Shown here piece after piece: positions 47,496-56,712 of a stretch of DNA of 64,000 bases. Under the pieces are notes generated by a model, which saw nothing but the letters and a program-made list of their open reading frames with translations, searched no databases and was not told the DNA's origin. Made by a program: the position numbers and the translations under genes. The DNA comes from a virus (lineage: Duplodnaviria > Heunggongvirae > Uroviricota > Caudoviricetes): IMG/VR virus record IMGVR_UViG_3300025011_000026. One strand, given 5' to 3'. Within the stretch, counting starts at the first letter, position 1, and the number at the start of each line of letters is the position of its first letter.

Positions 47496-47585
47496 TTTAA
47501 ATTCCTCCTAAATAATATTTCAATGTATGCGAATAGTGTATCATTAATTGTGTACTTTTACAAGTTTTCAATTGTAGGTAAATAT

Positions 47586-47660
47586 ATCTACAGTTGTAAG
47601 TATATATACTTGTCTACAAATGTAAGTATGTTAATATAGACAAACTTATCTATATTAACA
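47586..47660. repeat. centromere (parC)-like repeats upstream of parM: two direct repeats TCTACA(G/A)(T/A)TGTAAGTAT, 14-bp palindrome AAGTATATATACTT, inverted repeat TTAATATAGA-N8-TCTATATTAA
   Basis: read directly at 47588..47604, 47613..47629, 47598..47611, 47631..47658. Confidence 0.5.
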
Positions 47661-48156
47661 TATCTATTAATTAGAAAAGTCAGAAACTTCAGAGATGATT
47701 CTATCTTATATGATTATTTTTTAAAGATCAGGGCAAAGTAATGCTAGAGGACGAGGAAAGTTAACATATAGAAGGAGTAGTTTGATGATTAAGTCCTGAG
47801 AAATCAGAGCTTTTCTTTTTTTGTAAAGTATACTTGGGTATATTGGTAAACATTTAGTATACTCATATTTTATAATAATATTATTTATATATTAAACCAT
47901 CATACGTACTCCTATAAACACCTAATTATCCATTTTTAAACCATTAATATAAGCTATTTTCAGGATGTAAAATTTAAGAAAAGATGAATTATCATCAATC
48001 TAAGCCTTTGAAAATAATGTTTGGTGTGATTGTGTTAGTATGATTAGTTAAGGTTGTTTTAGGTTAAAGATTTCCCATTTATTACTATACATAACGTACA
48101 AACAATACTCAATAAGATTAAACATATCAACACCACACAAAGGAGGTCACAAAGCA

Positions 48157-48408
48157 TTGATAACTGACAAACTCAACAAATCAGAGATTAAAGTTCTTCA
48201 AGTTCTTCAGGAATCAAATATCACTAATGATATGAATGCTATGAAAATATCAACATTGTCAGAAAAAACTGGATTAAGTTATTTCATTGTTAGAAATATT
48301 ATCAAAGCATTTTATATTGCTAATATTTGTAAGAAAGGGAGGAGAGAGGGGAATGGAGAGACATATTATTTGAGCAAAGGAATTGATGATATTGAAACAA
48401 AAACCTGA
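48157..48408 (+). CDS. putative HTH transcriptional regulator (83 aa), TTG start
   Basis: RBS AGGAGG 10 nt upstream; first gene after strand switch; HTH-like LSEKTGLSYFIVRNIIKAFY. Confidence 0.45.
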   Translation: MITDKLNKSEIKVLQVLQESNITNDMNAMKISTLSEKTGLSYFIVRNIIKAFYIANICKKGRREGNGETYYLSKGIDDIETKT

Positions 48409-48616
48409 ATGTAGACTTATTTGTAATCAAAATGACGATGACAATTTTAATTCTGTTTTTACTATTACTGATGAAGTTGCAAAATGTTTAATCAGAGCAA
48501 AAAGAGATTATTCTGCTAAAAGTTATATTGATCAAATTTGTGATATTGAATCTGTTGAAGAAGTTTTGAGATTGAGTTTAGGTTATGTTAATTTTATTTT
48601 TGTATATGAATTTTAA
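48383..48616 (+). CDS. hypothetical protein (77 aa)
   Basis: overlaps previous gene end. Confidence 0.4.
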   Translation: MMILKQKPECRLICNQNDDDNFNSVFTITDEVAKCLIRAKRDYSAKSYIDQICDIESVEEVLRLSLGYVNFIFVYEF

Positions 48617-48630
48617 GGAGGAGGATGATT

Positions 48631-48894
48631 ATGAAGAAACCTGAAATTGGATTAGTTAAGAAGAAATTTTTTGATTATTTTAAATATCCAGAAGCAAAAA
48701 AGGTTGTTATTCCCACTCGATGTCCTAATTTAAAGTGTAGGAGCAAGAATATTATCGGCAGAGGATTAGTTATTGGAATGGCTTATGTAAGTCTTAAAAC
48801 TATGGATGTTGATGAATTAGGTGATGATTTTGAGATTTTGGATAAGGATGGGATAAAGTTTAGATGTTTTGATTGTGGTGAAGATTTTGAGTAA
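48631..48894 (+). CDS. small zinc-ribbon protein
   Basis: CPNLKC...CFDCG; ATG 48631 after GGAGGAGG. Confidence 0.45.
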   Translation: MKKPEIGLVKKKFFDYFKYPEAKKVVIPTRCPNLKCRSKNIIGRGLVIGMAYVSLKTMDVDELGDDFEILDKDGIKFRCFDCGEDFE

Positions 48895-48923
48895 ATTTTA
48901 ATGAATTTAAAGGAGTGGTAAAT

Positions 48924-49130
48924 ATGGCAAAAGTAAAAGTAATTAAATCAAAAAATCTAATCAAAATCGAAGAGAAAACTGATGCAGAATTGTATGAAGA
49001 CTTTACTAGAAGAATTAATGACTTATATACTGTAAGCAAATATTATGAGGAAAATAATCTTAAAATGCCTAAATGGATTGAGAATAAGATTATTAAGATG
49101 GGCGAGGTTATTGGGCAATTGGGATTGTGA
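48924..49130 (+). CDS. hypothetical protein
   Basis: ATG 48924 after AAAGGAGTGG. Confidence 0.45.
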   Translation: MAKVKVIKSKNLIKIEEKTDAELYEDFTRRINDLYTVSKYYEENNLKMPKWIENKIIKMGEVIGQLGL

Positions 49131-49142
49131 GGAGTGGTCAAT

Positions 49143-49448
49143 ATGAATTACAGACTTCCAAACGAAAAGAAAATGAGAAATTATTTAGATCAATTTAGTT
49201 ACAGGAAAGTTACTGAAAAAGAATGGGAAGATTGTATTGAGAATTTTGTTGGTTTCGCAGAGTATATTGAAGAAGAAATGGAAGGCAAACAATTAATTCA
49301 AGAAGGAGCATCTACTGAAGTAGATATTGGAAAAGATAGTTATGAAGTATGGATTATTTTCAATTGGGTTTATGAACATGGAGTTAAAATTGTGCTGATT
49401 GATTTTGATTATAGTTATTCATTAGGAATTGTGAATGGAGAGTATTAA
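49143..49448 (+). CDS. hypothetical acidic protein
   Basis: ATG 49143 after GAGGAGTGG. Confidence 0.45.
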   Translation: MNYRLPNEKKMRNYLDQFSYRKVTEKEWEDCIENFVGFAEYIEEEMEGKQLIQEGASTEVDIGKDSYEVWIIFNWVYEHGVKIVLIDFDYSYSLGIVNGEY

Positions 49449-49465
49449 TTAAAAGGAGGATTATT

Positions 49466-49657
49466 GTGAAAACATACAACATTCTAAAACCTAAAAATGA
49501 CTTTTATGAAAAGGTAAAAAATCGTCTTCATGGTAGAACTTGTACTTGTGATTTGTGTAAAACTAAAAGTCCTCTTTTAACCAATAAATCAATTGTCACA
49601 AAAGATACTGAATCCCAGTTCATTCATGTTTTAAATTATTGCCCTAATTGTCAGTAA
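49466..49657 (+). CDS. small zinc-ribbon protein, GTG start
   Basis: CTCDLC...CPNCQ; RBS AAAAGGAGG. Confidence 0.45.
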   Translation: MKTYNILKPKNDFYEKVKNRLHGRTCTCDLCKTKSPLLTNKSIVTKDTESQFIHVLNYCPNCQ

Positions 49658-49784
49658 CGAATGCCAATTAGAATTGATTTTATTGAAAATACTCTTTCTT
49701 TTGCTTTTCCTTCTTGGGATGATAAAGATGGTATTTATCCTAAAAGAAGAGCAGATTAAATTAGTTTAAAAGGAGGAATTAATT

Positions 49785-50024
49785 ATGCTAATCAGTGGGT
49801 TTTCTATTAACAAAGGCAAAGAAAAATGTTTTTCATATATGGTTAAACCATCTACAATTGTTTCATTATTATTAATAGGAAGTTTTAGTGTAAATTTATG
49901 GCATATTCTTACATCTTCTGGATTAGAGTTATCAGGTGGCAAAGACATTTATTCATTTTTAGATAGTGTGAAACTTGACGGACAGAATATTAATTATGAA
50001 TATGTTTTTATGAAATTTAGGTAA
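49785..50024 (+). CDS. hypothetical membrane protein (79 aa)
   Basis: RBS AAAGGAGG; one hydrophobic segment. Confidence 0.4.
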   Translation: MLISGFSINKGKEKCFSYMVKPSTIVSLLLIGSFSVNLWHILTSSGLELSGGKDIYSFLDSVKLDGQNINYEYVFMKFR

Positions 50025-50060
50025 ATTGTGAAGGATGAGATTAAGGAGGGTTGATTAATT

Positions 50061-50273
50061 ATGAAAATTCGCGTATCAATACTGATTAATCAAGGTCGTA
50101 AAATTCATGACATTATCAATCATTTGGAATTTGAGAATACTGATGATTTTGTTGATTATAAACATGATTTTTATGACAATCTTTTTGACAGAGGATGGAG
50201 AAGAAATGGTATGAGTGCTAATCAATGTTATAAGGGGAATTTGACTTTGACTCCTTATTTTATTAGGGAATGA
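50061..50273 (+). CDS. hypothetical protein (70 aa)
   Basis: RBS TAAGGAGGG. Confidence 0.4.
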   Translation: MKIRVSILINQGRKIHDIINHLEFENTDDFVDYKHDFYDNLFDRGWRRNGMSANQCYKGNLTLTPYFIRE

Positions 50274-50279
50274 TTGATT

Positions 50280-50837
50280 ATGAAAAAACCAAACAAAAAA
50301 TTATTATTCTCTCTTGTATTATTAACATTATTATCAATACCACATCCTGTATCTGCCAAAGGAGAATTAACTACTAAACAAGCAAAAAGCATTTTAAACA
50401 TCATTATTGATAAAACTTATACAATTCTCACATATTCGTCTTCTCCTTGGATTTATCCTGTAGATGGAATTGTCACAAGTCCTTATGGGCCAAGAGAATC
50501 TTCGATAGATGGATTTCATCATGGGTTAGACATCTCTGCAGTAGAAAACACTCAAGTTCATTGTTCTAAATCAGGGATCGTAGTTAAAGCAGAATTTAAT
50601 GAAATGGTTGGAAATGTTGTGTGCATTAATCATTCAGATGGATTTCAAACTATGTATGCACACAACAATAAATTATTAGTCAAAGTTGGAGATAATGTAA
50701 ATCAAAATGATGTTATTGCATTGTCCGGTAATACTGGATTATTGTCAAGAGGAGCGCATGTACATTTTGAGATTCGTACCAATAATGGAACAAATTCATT
50801 AAATCCAATGAATTATTTACCTGCTAAACAAAAATAA
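50280..50837 (+). CDS. secreted M23 (LytM-type) peptidoglycan endopeptidase
   Basis: signal peptide KKLLFSLVLLTLLSIPHPVSA; M23 motifs HHGLDISA and HVHFEI. Confidence 0.75.
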   Translation: MKKPNKKLLFSLVLLTLLSIPHPVSAKGELTTKQAKSILNIIIDKTYTILTYSSSPWIYPVDGIVTSPYGPRESSIDGFHHGLDISAVENTQVHCSKSGIVVKAEFNEMVGNVVCINHSDGFQTMYAHNNKLLVKVGDNVNQNDVIALSGNTGLLSRGAHVHFEIRTNNGTNSLNPMNYLPAKQK

Positions 50838-50838
50838 A

Positions 50839-50855
50839 CCCCTCAAAATGAGGGG
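50839..50855. terminator. bidirectional intrinsic terminator CCCCTC-aaaat-GAGGGG
   Basis: follows M23 stop on + strand; on - strand followed by GGTTTATTTTTGTTT after the small peptide gene. Confidence 0.5.
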
Positions 50856-50881
50856 ATGAAGTAGGATCATATTGATATTCA

Positions 50882-50983
50882 TTATTGAATTAATCTTCCT
50901 AATTGTTGTGCAATATCAACTAATTGATATGATCCATACCCTATTAATCCTACTCCAATTGCTGTTCCAAATATTAAAAACAT
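50882..50983 (-). CDS. small hydrophobic peptide (33 aa, MFLIFGTAIGVGLIGYGSYQLVDIAQQLGRLIQ)
   Basis: RBS AAAGGAGTG 8 nt upstream of ATG on - strand; own terminator; Gly-zipper-like TM then amphipathic tail; below cutoff. Confidence 0.4.
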   Translation of the reverse strand: MFLIFGTAIGVGLIGYGSYQLVDIAQQLGRLIQ

Positions 50984-51227
50984 AAATTTTCACTCCTTTA
51001 AATCATATTTCATTAACTGTATTATTACCAAACTATATGTCGAATATACATGAATTGATGTAAATTTTAAGACAAGAACCCTATATTAGCCACCTATACC
51101 AAGGATAATACACCCTAAATCCTACAGTCCTTTAATATCAATGGTCTTAGACTTGAAAATGTGGGGTCTTCTTATATAAGGAGGCAGATTTGCCGACTGT
51201 TTTAATTTTCAAAGGAGGTTGTTTACA

Positions 51228-51479
51228 TTGAATGAATTTTTAAGTTGGTCAACAAAGATTTGTTTGGCTATGACTGCTCTTGGTGGAGGATTGGCTATGC
51301 TCATGATCGTCTGGTCTGGGGTCATGGACATCATCGGAAATGGGCAATGGAAAGCTCAAGCAAAAGAACTGAAAGAAAGTGTAATTCGTGGATGTATCAC
51401 TATAGTCGTTGGGCCTTGGATCATAAAAATCTTGTGGAGTATATTAAAAGGAATCTTTCCAACACTTCCTACATTTTAA
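51228..51479 (+). CDS. pilin-like two-TM protein (VirB2/TrbC-like), TTG start
   Basis: two hydrophobic helices flanking charged loop GNGQWKAQAKELKES; GGAGG 9 nt upstream of TTG 51228; first gene of T4SS-like cluster. Confidence 0.4.
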   Translation: MNEFLSWSTKICLAMTALGGGLAMLMIVWSGVMDIIGNGQWKAQAKELKESVIRGCITIVVGPWIIKILWSILKGIFPTLPTF

Positions 51480-51509
51480 TTATTACAATTATAAAGGGGA
51501 TGATCATAA

Positions 51510-52544
51510 ATGCTTACAGTTGGAGAAGTAGGAGATGCAATTATTAACTTTTTTATTAAACCACCATCTCCTGAAAATGTTGATATAATACATGGGGCAT
51601 TATTCAATGCTCCTTCTCCAGAAACAGTAGAGAGTGTCAATAATGCTCTATTTAATGCACCTACACAACAAGATATTACAACAGTCAATGGAAGATTAGA
51701 GCATTTTATTACTGACTCATTAGTACAAAACTTTGCACAATTATTTCTTCATACACCAAATGTATTGGCAGAAAACCCAACCATATTATCTTTATATACT
51801 TTCTTTTTAAAAATAATTATTTCATTTTCATTTGCAGGAATAGTATATTTTGGAATTATGCAAATCATGAATAAGGGTAGTAAACACAATACAACGGAAT
51901 ACATTGTTAAGATAGCTCAATCAATGGTAATTATAAATATAGCAATTATAGCATTGCCATTGCTAATTGAAGCAACAAACAAATTTACTATAGCAATTCT
52001 TTCTCTTGGTGGATCTGAAGCACAAATGGTAAAAGCATTAAGTCCTCAATATGGATTAGGATTAATCATATTCACATTAATTTTTGCATTAATTCTAATT
52101 AATCTAATATGGTTCTATTTCATGAGAATGATTTCTATTATGTTTCTAATTGCAACTGCTCCTATATTCTTCTTTTTATGGTTATTCCCTAAATATCAAA
52201 ATATGAGACAGGTTTGGATTGATGAATTATTAGATAATCTAATTGCACCAATTATACATGCAATAATTATGGTTATTTGGTTAGGGTTTGAATCATCAGT
52301 ATCAAAATCAAATCATGGAGCACTTTATCATGTAATGCTTTCCATAGCTGCTGGTTCATTTATGTTAAAAGCACCTTCTTATGTCCAACAATGGATTTCT
52401 CATGGTCATCAATCACCAAATCCTATACAAATGTTTAAAGAGATAAAGTATGGGTTAAGTCCTAGAAAACTTATCGGTTATGGAGGATTTGGAAGAATGG
52501 GAGGAAGTATGTTTAGAGGAAGAGGGACTACAAAAAGGAGGTAA
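51510..52544 (+). CDS. polytopic membrane protein, VirB6/TcpH-like
   Basis: N-terminal periplasmic-type region with ALFNAPS/ALFNAPT repeats then at least 5 predicted TM segments. Confidence 0.45.
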   Translation: MLTVGEVGDAIINFFIKPPSPENVDIIHGALFNAPSPETVESVNNALFNAPTQQDITTVNGRLEHFITDSLVQNFAQLFLHTPNVLAENPTILSLYTFFLKIIISFSFAGIVYFGIMQIMNKGSKHNTTEYIVKIAQSMVIINIAIIALPLLIEATNKFTIAILSLGGSEAQMVKALSPQYGLGLIIFTLIFALILINLIWFYFMRMISIMFLIATAPIFFFLWLFPKYQNMRQVWIDELLDNLIAPIIHAIIMVIWLGFESSVSKSNHGALYHVMLSIAAGSFMLKAPSYVQQWISHGHQSPNPIQMFKEIKYGLSPRKLIGYGGFGRMGGSMFRGRGTTKRR

Positions 52545-52548
52545 TTCA

Positions 52549-52896
52549 ATGTTTAATAATGAGATGTTTGAAACTAATCAAATCATTGAAATGAAAGACG
52601 AAATATTTTATGGACTTACAGGAAAACAAACTATTTATTTATTAGGTGGAATAGTGCTTAGTTTATCTGTATTTAATACTGCATTACCTATTATTGCAAA
52701 ACTATTCATTCTACCAAATATAGGTATTCCTACTGCAATTTTAACTAAAACTGATGTAGATCAAGGGATAGTTTCTTTCTTTAAATTCAAATGGAGAGGA
52801 GTGACAAAACAAAATGTTACAATACAATCTTTACCCAAAAGCAAATTATCTTTTAGTAACAAAAGAAGAGCAGACGCTACTTCGATCAAAGTTTAA
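52549..52896 (+). CDS. small 2-TM membrane protein (VirB3/PrgI-like, putative)
   Basis: ATG 52549 after AAAAGGAGG; hydrophobic hairpin IYLLGGIVLSLSVF...LPIIAKLFILP; precedes VirB4 gene as in T4SS loci. Confidence 0.35.
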   Translation: MFNNEMFETNQIIEMKDEIFYGLTGKQTIYLLGGIVLSLSVFNTALPIIAKLFILPNIGIPTAILTKTDVDQGIVSFFKFKWRGVTKQNVTIQSLPKSKLSFSNKRRADATSIKV

Positions 52897-54322
52897 GTAT
52901 TTATTAAATTCTCTAAATGAACCATTTAAGATTATTTGTAAAACTGACTTAAATCAATTAAACAAAGAAATACAAGTTAATGAGTCAAGTTATTCTCTTA
53001 CTACTAATGCAAATATTTACGAAAATTTGCGTAATTCTGGAATAGACTATACTCAAAATCAATTACTAATTGCAAGTAATATTCAAATAAAGGAGTATAG
53101 AAAGTACATTGGTGTTACTGAAAACAATGTAAAATATTTTGCTAAATCAATCAAGGTTATCCAATTTCCACAAATGCTTTCTACTGGATTCATAAACAAC
53201 TTAATGATTTCTGACACTGAAATTGCTCTTACAATCTTTCCATTGCCACAAGAAGAGGCTGTAAAGGCAGTAAAAAAGAGAATTGATACTACTGAAGCAA
53301 ATGCTAATTGGAAGGCCGTAAAGAACCCTAATCAAGAGTTTTATGTAGAAGATGAAATTGTATCAAAACTTCAAAAGACTATGGTTGATCTTATGGGTAA
53401 TGAGGAAAAACTTTGTATGGTTGGATTATATATTTTAATTAAAGGACAAACACTTGAACAATTAGAAACAAAATCAAAACAAATATCAATGCTTTTAGAT
53501 GGAATGCAAATCAGATTCAAATTCGCTAATTGTGAACATTTTAATTGTTTCAAGAATTTTAGATCATATAAAGAAATTGACTATGTAAAGGAGTTAAAAG
53601 TGTTTTTAACAAGTGTGATTAGTAATTTTTATCCATTTGTTAGATATGTATCAGGTGATGGAATTATAATTGGATATGATTATCAAAATTATCAATTAAT
53701 TAAGATTAATTTTGCAGAGCAATTCAATCTGTCATGGTTCATTTTTGGAATTTCAGGAAGTGGAAAATCATTTGCTGTGAAATCAATTGTCAAGAAAATA
53801 TCTAGTCATAAGAAGATTTATATTCTTGATATTACTGGTGAATACGCCAAATTAAAATCAAAGAATATTATCATTATATCTAAGGATTTTGAGAAATTCC
53901 TACTGTACACCGATTTTAAAGATTGCATGATTGTAATTGATGAAGCATGGGATATTTTAAAAACTGATGCAGTTATTAAAAGAGTGGTAGCAATTGCCAA
54001 AGGATACAGAAAACGAGGAGTAGGTGTTTTAGTCTGCACACAAAACATTGCTGATACAAGTAAAGAGGATATTGAATTAATTATTAAAAACTGTGCTAAT
54101 ACTTTAATTCTTCACTTAACCTCCTTAGAACTTCAACATATTAGTGAATACATGAATATACCATCTCATATTGTCGATTATCTTTCTAGGATTGAAAAAG
54201 GACAAGGATGGATGACCATAGGAACAAAGAAATATGCTTTTAGCCCCATATTTAGTAATGAAGAATATTTATTATTTAATACCAATTATGAGGAAATGAA
54301 AGGGGTTGGTTATAATGGGTGA
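52814..54322 (+). CDS. VirB4/TcpF/TrsE-family T4SS ATPase
   Basis: Walker A GISGSGKSF; DPKGEY-like ILDITGEY; Walker B VIDEAWD; RKRGVGVLVCTQN (RKYG...TQS motif). Confidence 0.7.
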   Translation: MLQYNLYPKANYLLVTKEEQTLLRSKFKYLLNSLNEPFKIICKTDLNQLNKEIQVNESSYSLTTNANIYENLRNSGIDYTQNQLLIASNIQIKEYRKYIGVTENNVKYFAKSIKVIQFPQMLSTGFINNLMISDTEIALTIFPLPQEEAVKAVKKRIDTTEANANWKAVKNPNQEFYVEDEIVSKLQKTMVDLMGNEEKLCMVGLYILIKGQTLEQLETKSKQISMLLDGMQIRFKFANCEHFNCFKNFRSYKEIDYVKELKVFLTSVISNFYPFVRYVSGDGIIIGYDYQNYQLIKINFAEQFNLSWFIFGISGSGKSFAVKSIVKKISSHKKIYILDITGEYAKLKSKNIIIISKDFEKFLLYTDFKDCMIVIDEAWDILKTDAVIKRVVAIAKGYRKRGVGVLVCTQNIADTSKEDIELIIKNCANTLILHLTSLELQHISEYMNIPSHIVDYLSRIEKGQGWMTIGTKKYAFSPIFSNEEYLLFNTNYEEMKGVGYNG

Positions 54323-56021
54323 AAAGATAAGCAAGATTAAAGATATGGCAATTAAATCAGGTAAATATTCTGCTTTGTATACTGGACAATTTATTTTAGG
54401 TGGATTAGGCTATGCTGTTCAAATTGCTTCAAATGGAATATTAGGAATGAGCATTCCAGATTATAAACTGCCTAATTTGAAGTTTGGAGATGATAAAACT
54501 TCATTAGGAGATAGGGTAGTGTTAACTCCTAGTAAATTTCTTCTTAAAGGAAATGGCATAGTAATTGGCAAAGACTATAATACAAAAAATGTACTTACTT
54601 ATCCTGTAGATCATTTTGACGATCTTATGAAAAATTTTATTTATGTTGGGTCTCCTGGAAGTGGAAAATCAAATTTAGCAGAAAATATAGCAGTTCAAAT
54701 ATCTAAAATTAATAATTTACCTAATTTTAATACAGCAGGATTTTGTGTGATAGATGTAGCTGATGGAGCATTGATTGATAATATTTTAATGTCTATTCCT
54801 GAAAACAGATTGGAAGATGTAGTTTTATTAGATTTCTCTAATAAAGATTTTCTGCCAGGAATTAACCTTCTAGAATTCGATGAAAAAGTAGAGAAACAAT
54901 TCCCACACTTTATTCATGCTGAAATAATCTCATTCTTTAAAAAACGATTTGGTGAACAAATTGGTTATGCTAGTGAGGATCTTTTATCAAACTCGTTGAA
55001 CGCAATTCTGAAACAAACTGACTATCCTAAAACACTATTAGGAATTATCAAAATGCTAACTGAAGTAGAATATCGTGAACAAATAGTTGCATCTTTGAGA
55101 AAAAATAAAAGGAATGCTTCAGTAGTCAGATATTGGGATAGATTTGAAGCTCAATCTCCTTCTGTTAAAAGAGATATGGTTAAGCCTTTATTAAATAAAG
55201 TTGGAAATTTAACCAATAATGATTATTTAAAATCTATTATATGTCAAAACAAATCTACCATAGATTTTAGAAAAATTATGGATAGTGGCAAAATTCTTCT
55301 TATAAAAGCACCAAAGGTTGCTGTCGGAAAAGTTAATATAGAAATATTGATACCATTGATTCTTTCAAAGTTTTGGATCGCTGCTTTATCAAGATTTGAT
55401 ATTACTAATACTAATTTACGCCGTCCATTCTTTGCCTTTCTTGATGAACCTCAAATGTATCTATCAAATGAAGCAGGAATAGAAGAAATGTTGACGGAAA
55501 TGAGAAAGTATAGATTTGGACTTCATTTTTTCTTTCAATCCCCTGAACAAACGCAACTTCAATCAGTTATCAAAATGATGTTAGAAGTCAATCCTCAAAT
55601 TATATCATTTGCTATGGGTAGAGGTGGAGCACAAACATTATTTAGAGAATTTGAAACTGGTGATGAAGAAAAAGACATGTCAAATAGATATGCAATTCTT
55701 AATCTCCCAAAACATCACGCACTTTGTAGATTTTTATATAAAAGCGAAAAGAGTGTATCTATTATTAAATGCGATCCTCCAATTAAACCTTTGCGTAAAA
55801 AAGTACCTGATATTATTACTGAAAACAGTCAAATGTATTTACGTTCTGTTGATGAAATTATGGAAGAAATTCTTGAATCGGATTATATCCCTGAACCAGA
55901 TTTTAGTTTAGGGGAGGTGAGCAATAATGAACAGCAAAGATTTAATGTTGAAAAAATTGATTGTGGGCCAAAAATACGCCCATTTAACGGCGAGAGATTT
56001 AGAGATAATAAGAAGTATTAG
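54315..56021 (+). CDS. T4SS coupling-protein-like (VirD4/TcpA/FtsK-HerA superfamily) P-loop ATPase
   Basis: N-terminal hydrophobic segment; Walker A VGSPGSGKSN; Walker B FAFLDEPQ; RKYRFGLHFFFQSPEQ. Confidence 0.5.
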   Translation: MGEKISKIKDMAIKSGKYSALYTGQFILGGLGYAVQIASNGILGMSIPDYKLPNLKFGDDKTSLGDRVVLTPSKFLLKGNGIVIGKDYNTKNVLTYPVDHFDDLMKNFIYVGSPGSGKSNLAENIAVQISKINNLPNFNTAGFCVIDVADGALIDNILMSIPENRLEDVVLLDFSNKDFLPGINLLEFDEKVEKQFPHFIHAEIISFFKKRFGEQIGYASEDLLSNSLNAILKQTDYPKTLLGIIKMLTEVEYREQIVASLRKNKRNASVVRYWDRFEAQSPSVKRDMVKPLLNKVGNLTNNDYLKSIICQNKSTIDFRKIMDSGKILLIKAPKVAVGKVNIEILIPLILSKFWIAALSRFDITNTNLRRPFFAFLDEPQMYLSNEAGIEEMLTEMRKYRFGLHFFFQSPEQTQLQSVIKMMLEVNPQIISFAMGRGGAQTLFREFETGDEEKDMSNRYAILNLPKHHALCRFLYKSEKSVSIIKCDPPIKPLRKKVPDIITENSQMYLRSVDEIMEEILESDYIPEPDFSLGEVSNNEQQRFNVEKIDCGPKIRPFNGERFRDNKKY

Positions 56022-56691
56022 GGATTTTAAAATATTCTCCAGAACTCAAATTCAAATAATGTTCTTTCAATCCAAACAAAGTTTAACTATTTGCAATCGA
56101 AGGCTGGCTGAAATTGAAAGATTAGAATTTATAAAAAGGACACCAATAGCATTAAATGGGGAATCATTAGTCACTGCGGGAAAATTGCTTTGTCAAATTG
56201 GTGGGGTATATATATCAAAATTACCATCCGACTATACGCATCAACTATTAATAAATGAAATTTATGCTTTATTGTTCAGAGAGCAGAATTTAAATAGAAT
56301 TACTATCAAGCAATATAAACCAGAATTTGTTTACAGATACAAAGATAGAGAAAATGGCAAACAATATATTTTTAGGTCTGATATATTAGTTGTATTAACT
56401 AAGAATAATCAAGATACCACTTTGCTATTCGAAATTGATGCCGGAACAGAAAGCAAGAAACAATTAAGAGAAAAGATTGCTGTTTATGAAAAAGTGTCTC
56501 AAAAAGTGAAAGGGTTTCCTCGATTATTCTGGTTGACTAATACATTGGGATATCGAAAATTAACAAATTTAGATAAACAAATTAATATTGCTCAAGTAGA
56601 AGAATTGAGAAACGACTTTTATATTTTTACTCGTTACCCAGATATGAAGAAGATTAAATTAATTCCTGATATTGTGGTCTGGAAAATATAA
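55927..56691 (+). CDS. Replic_Relax (replication-relaxation) family protein
   Basis: N-terminal wHTH LTARDLEIIRSIRDFKIFSRTQIQIMFF typical of the family; follows T4SS ATPases. Confidence 0.45.
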   Translation: MNSKDLMLKKLIVGQKYAHLTARDLEIIRSIRDFKIFSRTQIQIMFFQSKQSLTICNRRLAEIERLEFIKRTPIALNGESLVTAGKLLCQIGGVYISKLPSDYTHQLLINEIYALLFREQNLNRITIKQYKPEFVYRYKDRENGKQYIFRSDILVVLTKNNQDTTLLFEIDAGTESKKQLREKIAVYEKVSQKVKGFPRLFWLTNTLGYRKLTNLDKQINIAQVEELRNDFYIFTRYPDMKKIKLIPDIVVWKI

Positions 56692-56712
56692 CTGGAACGG
56701 AGATGTTTAATT

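Noticed and set aside
52814-56021. Two P-loop ATPases considered as DNA-packaging terminase or FtsK-like translocase unrelated to secretion
   Set aside because: The VirB4-specific motif set (DxxGEY, DEAW, RKxG...TQ) and the flanking pilin-like, VirB6-like, M23 hydrolase and Replic_Relax genes fit a T4SS better. Not experimentally confirmed.
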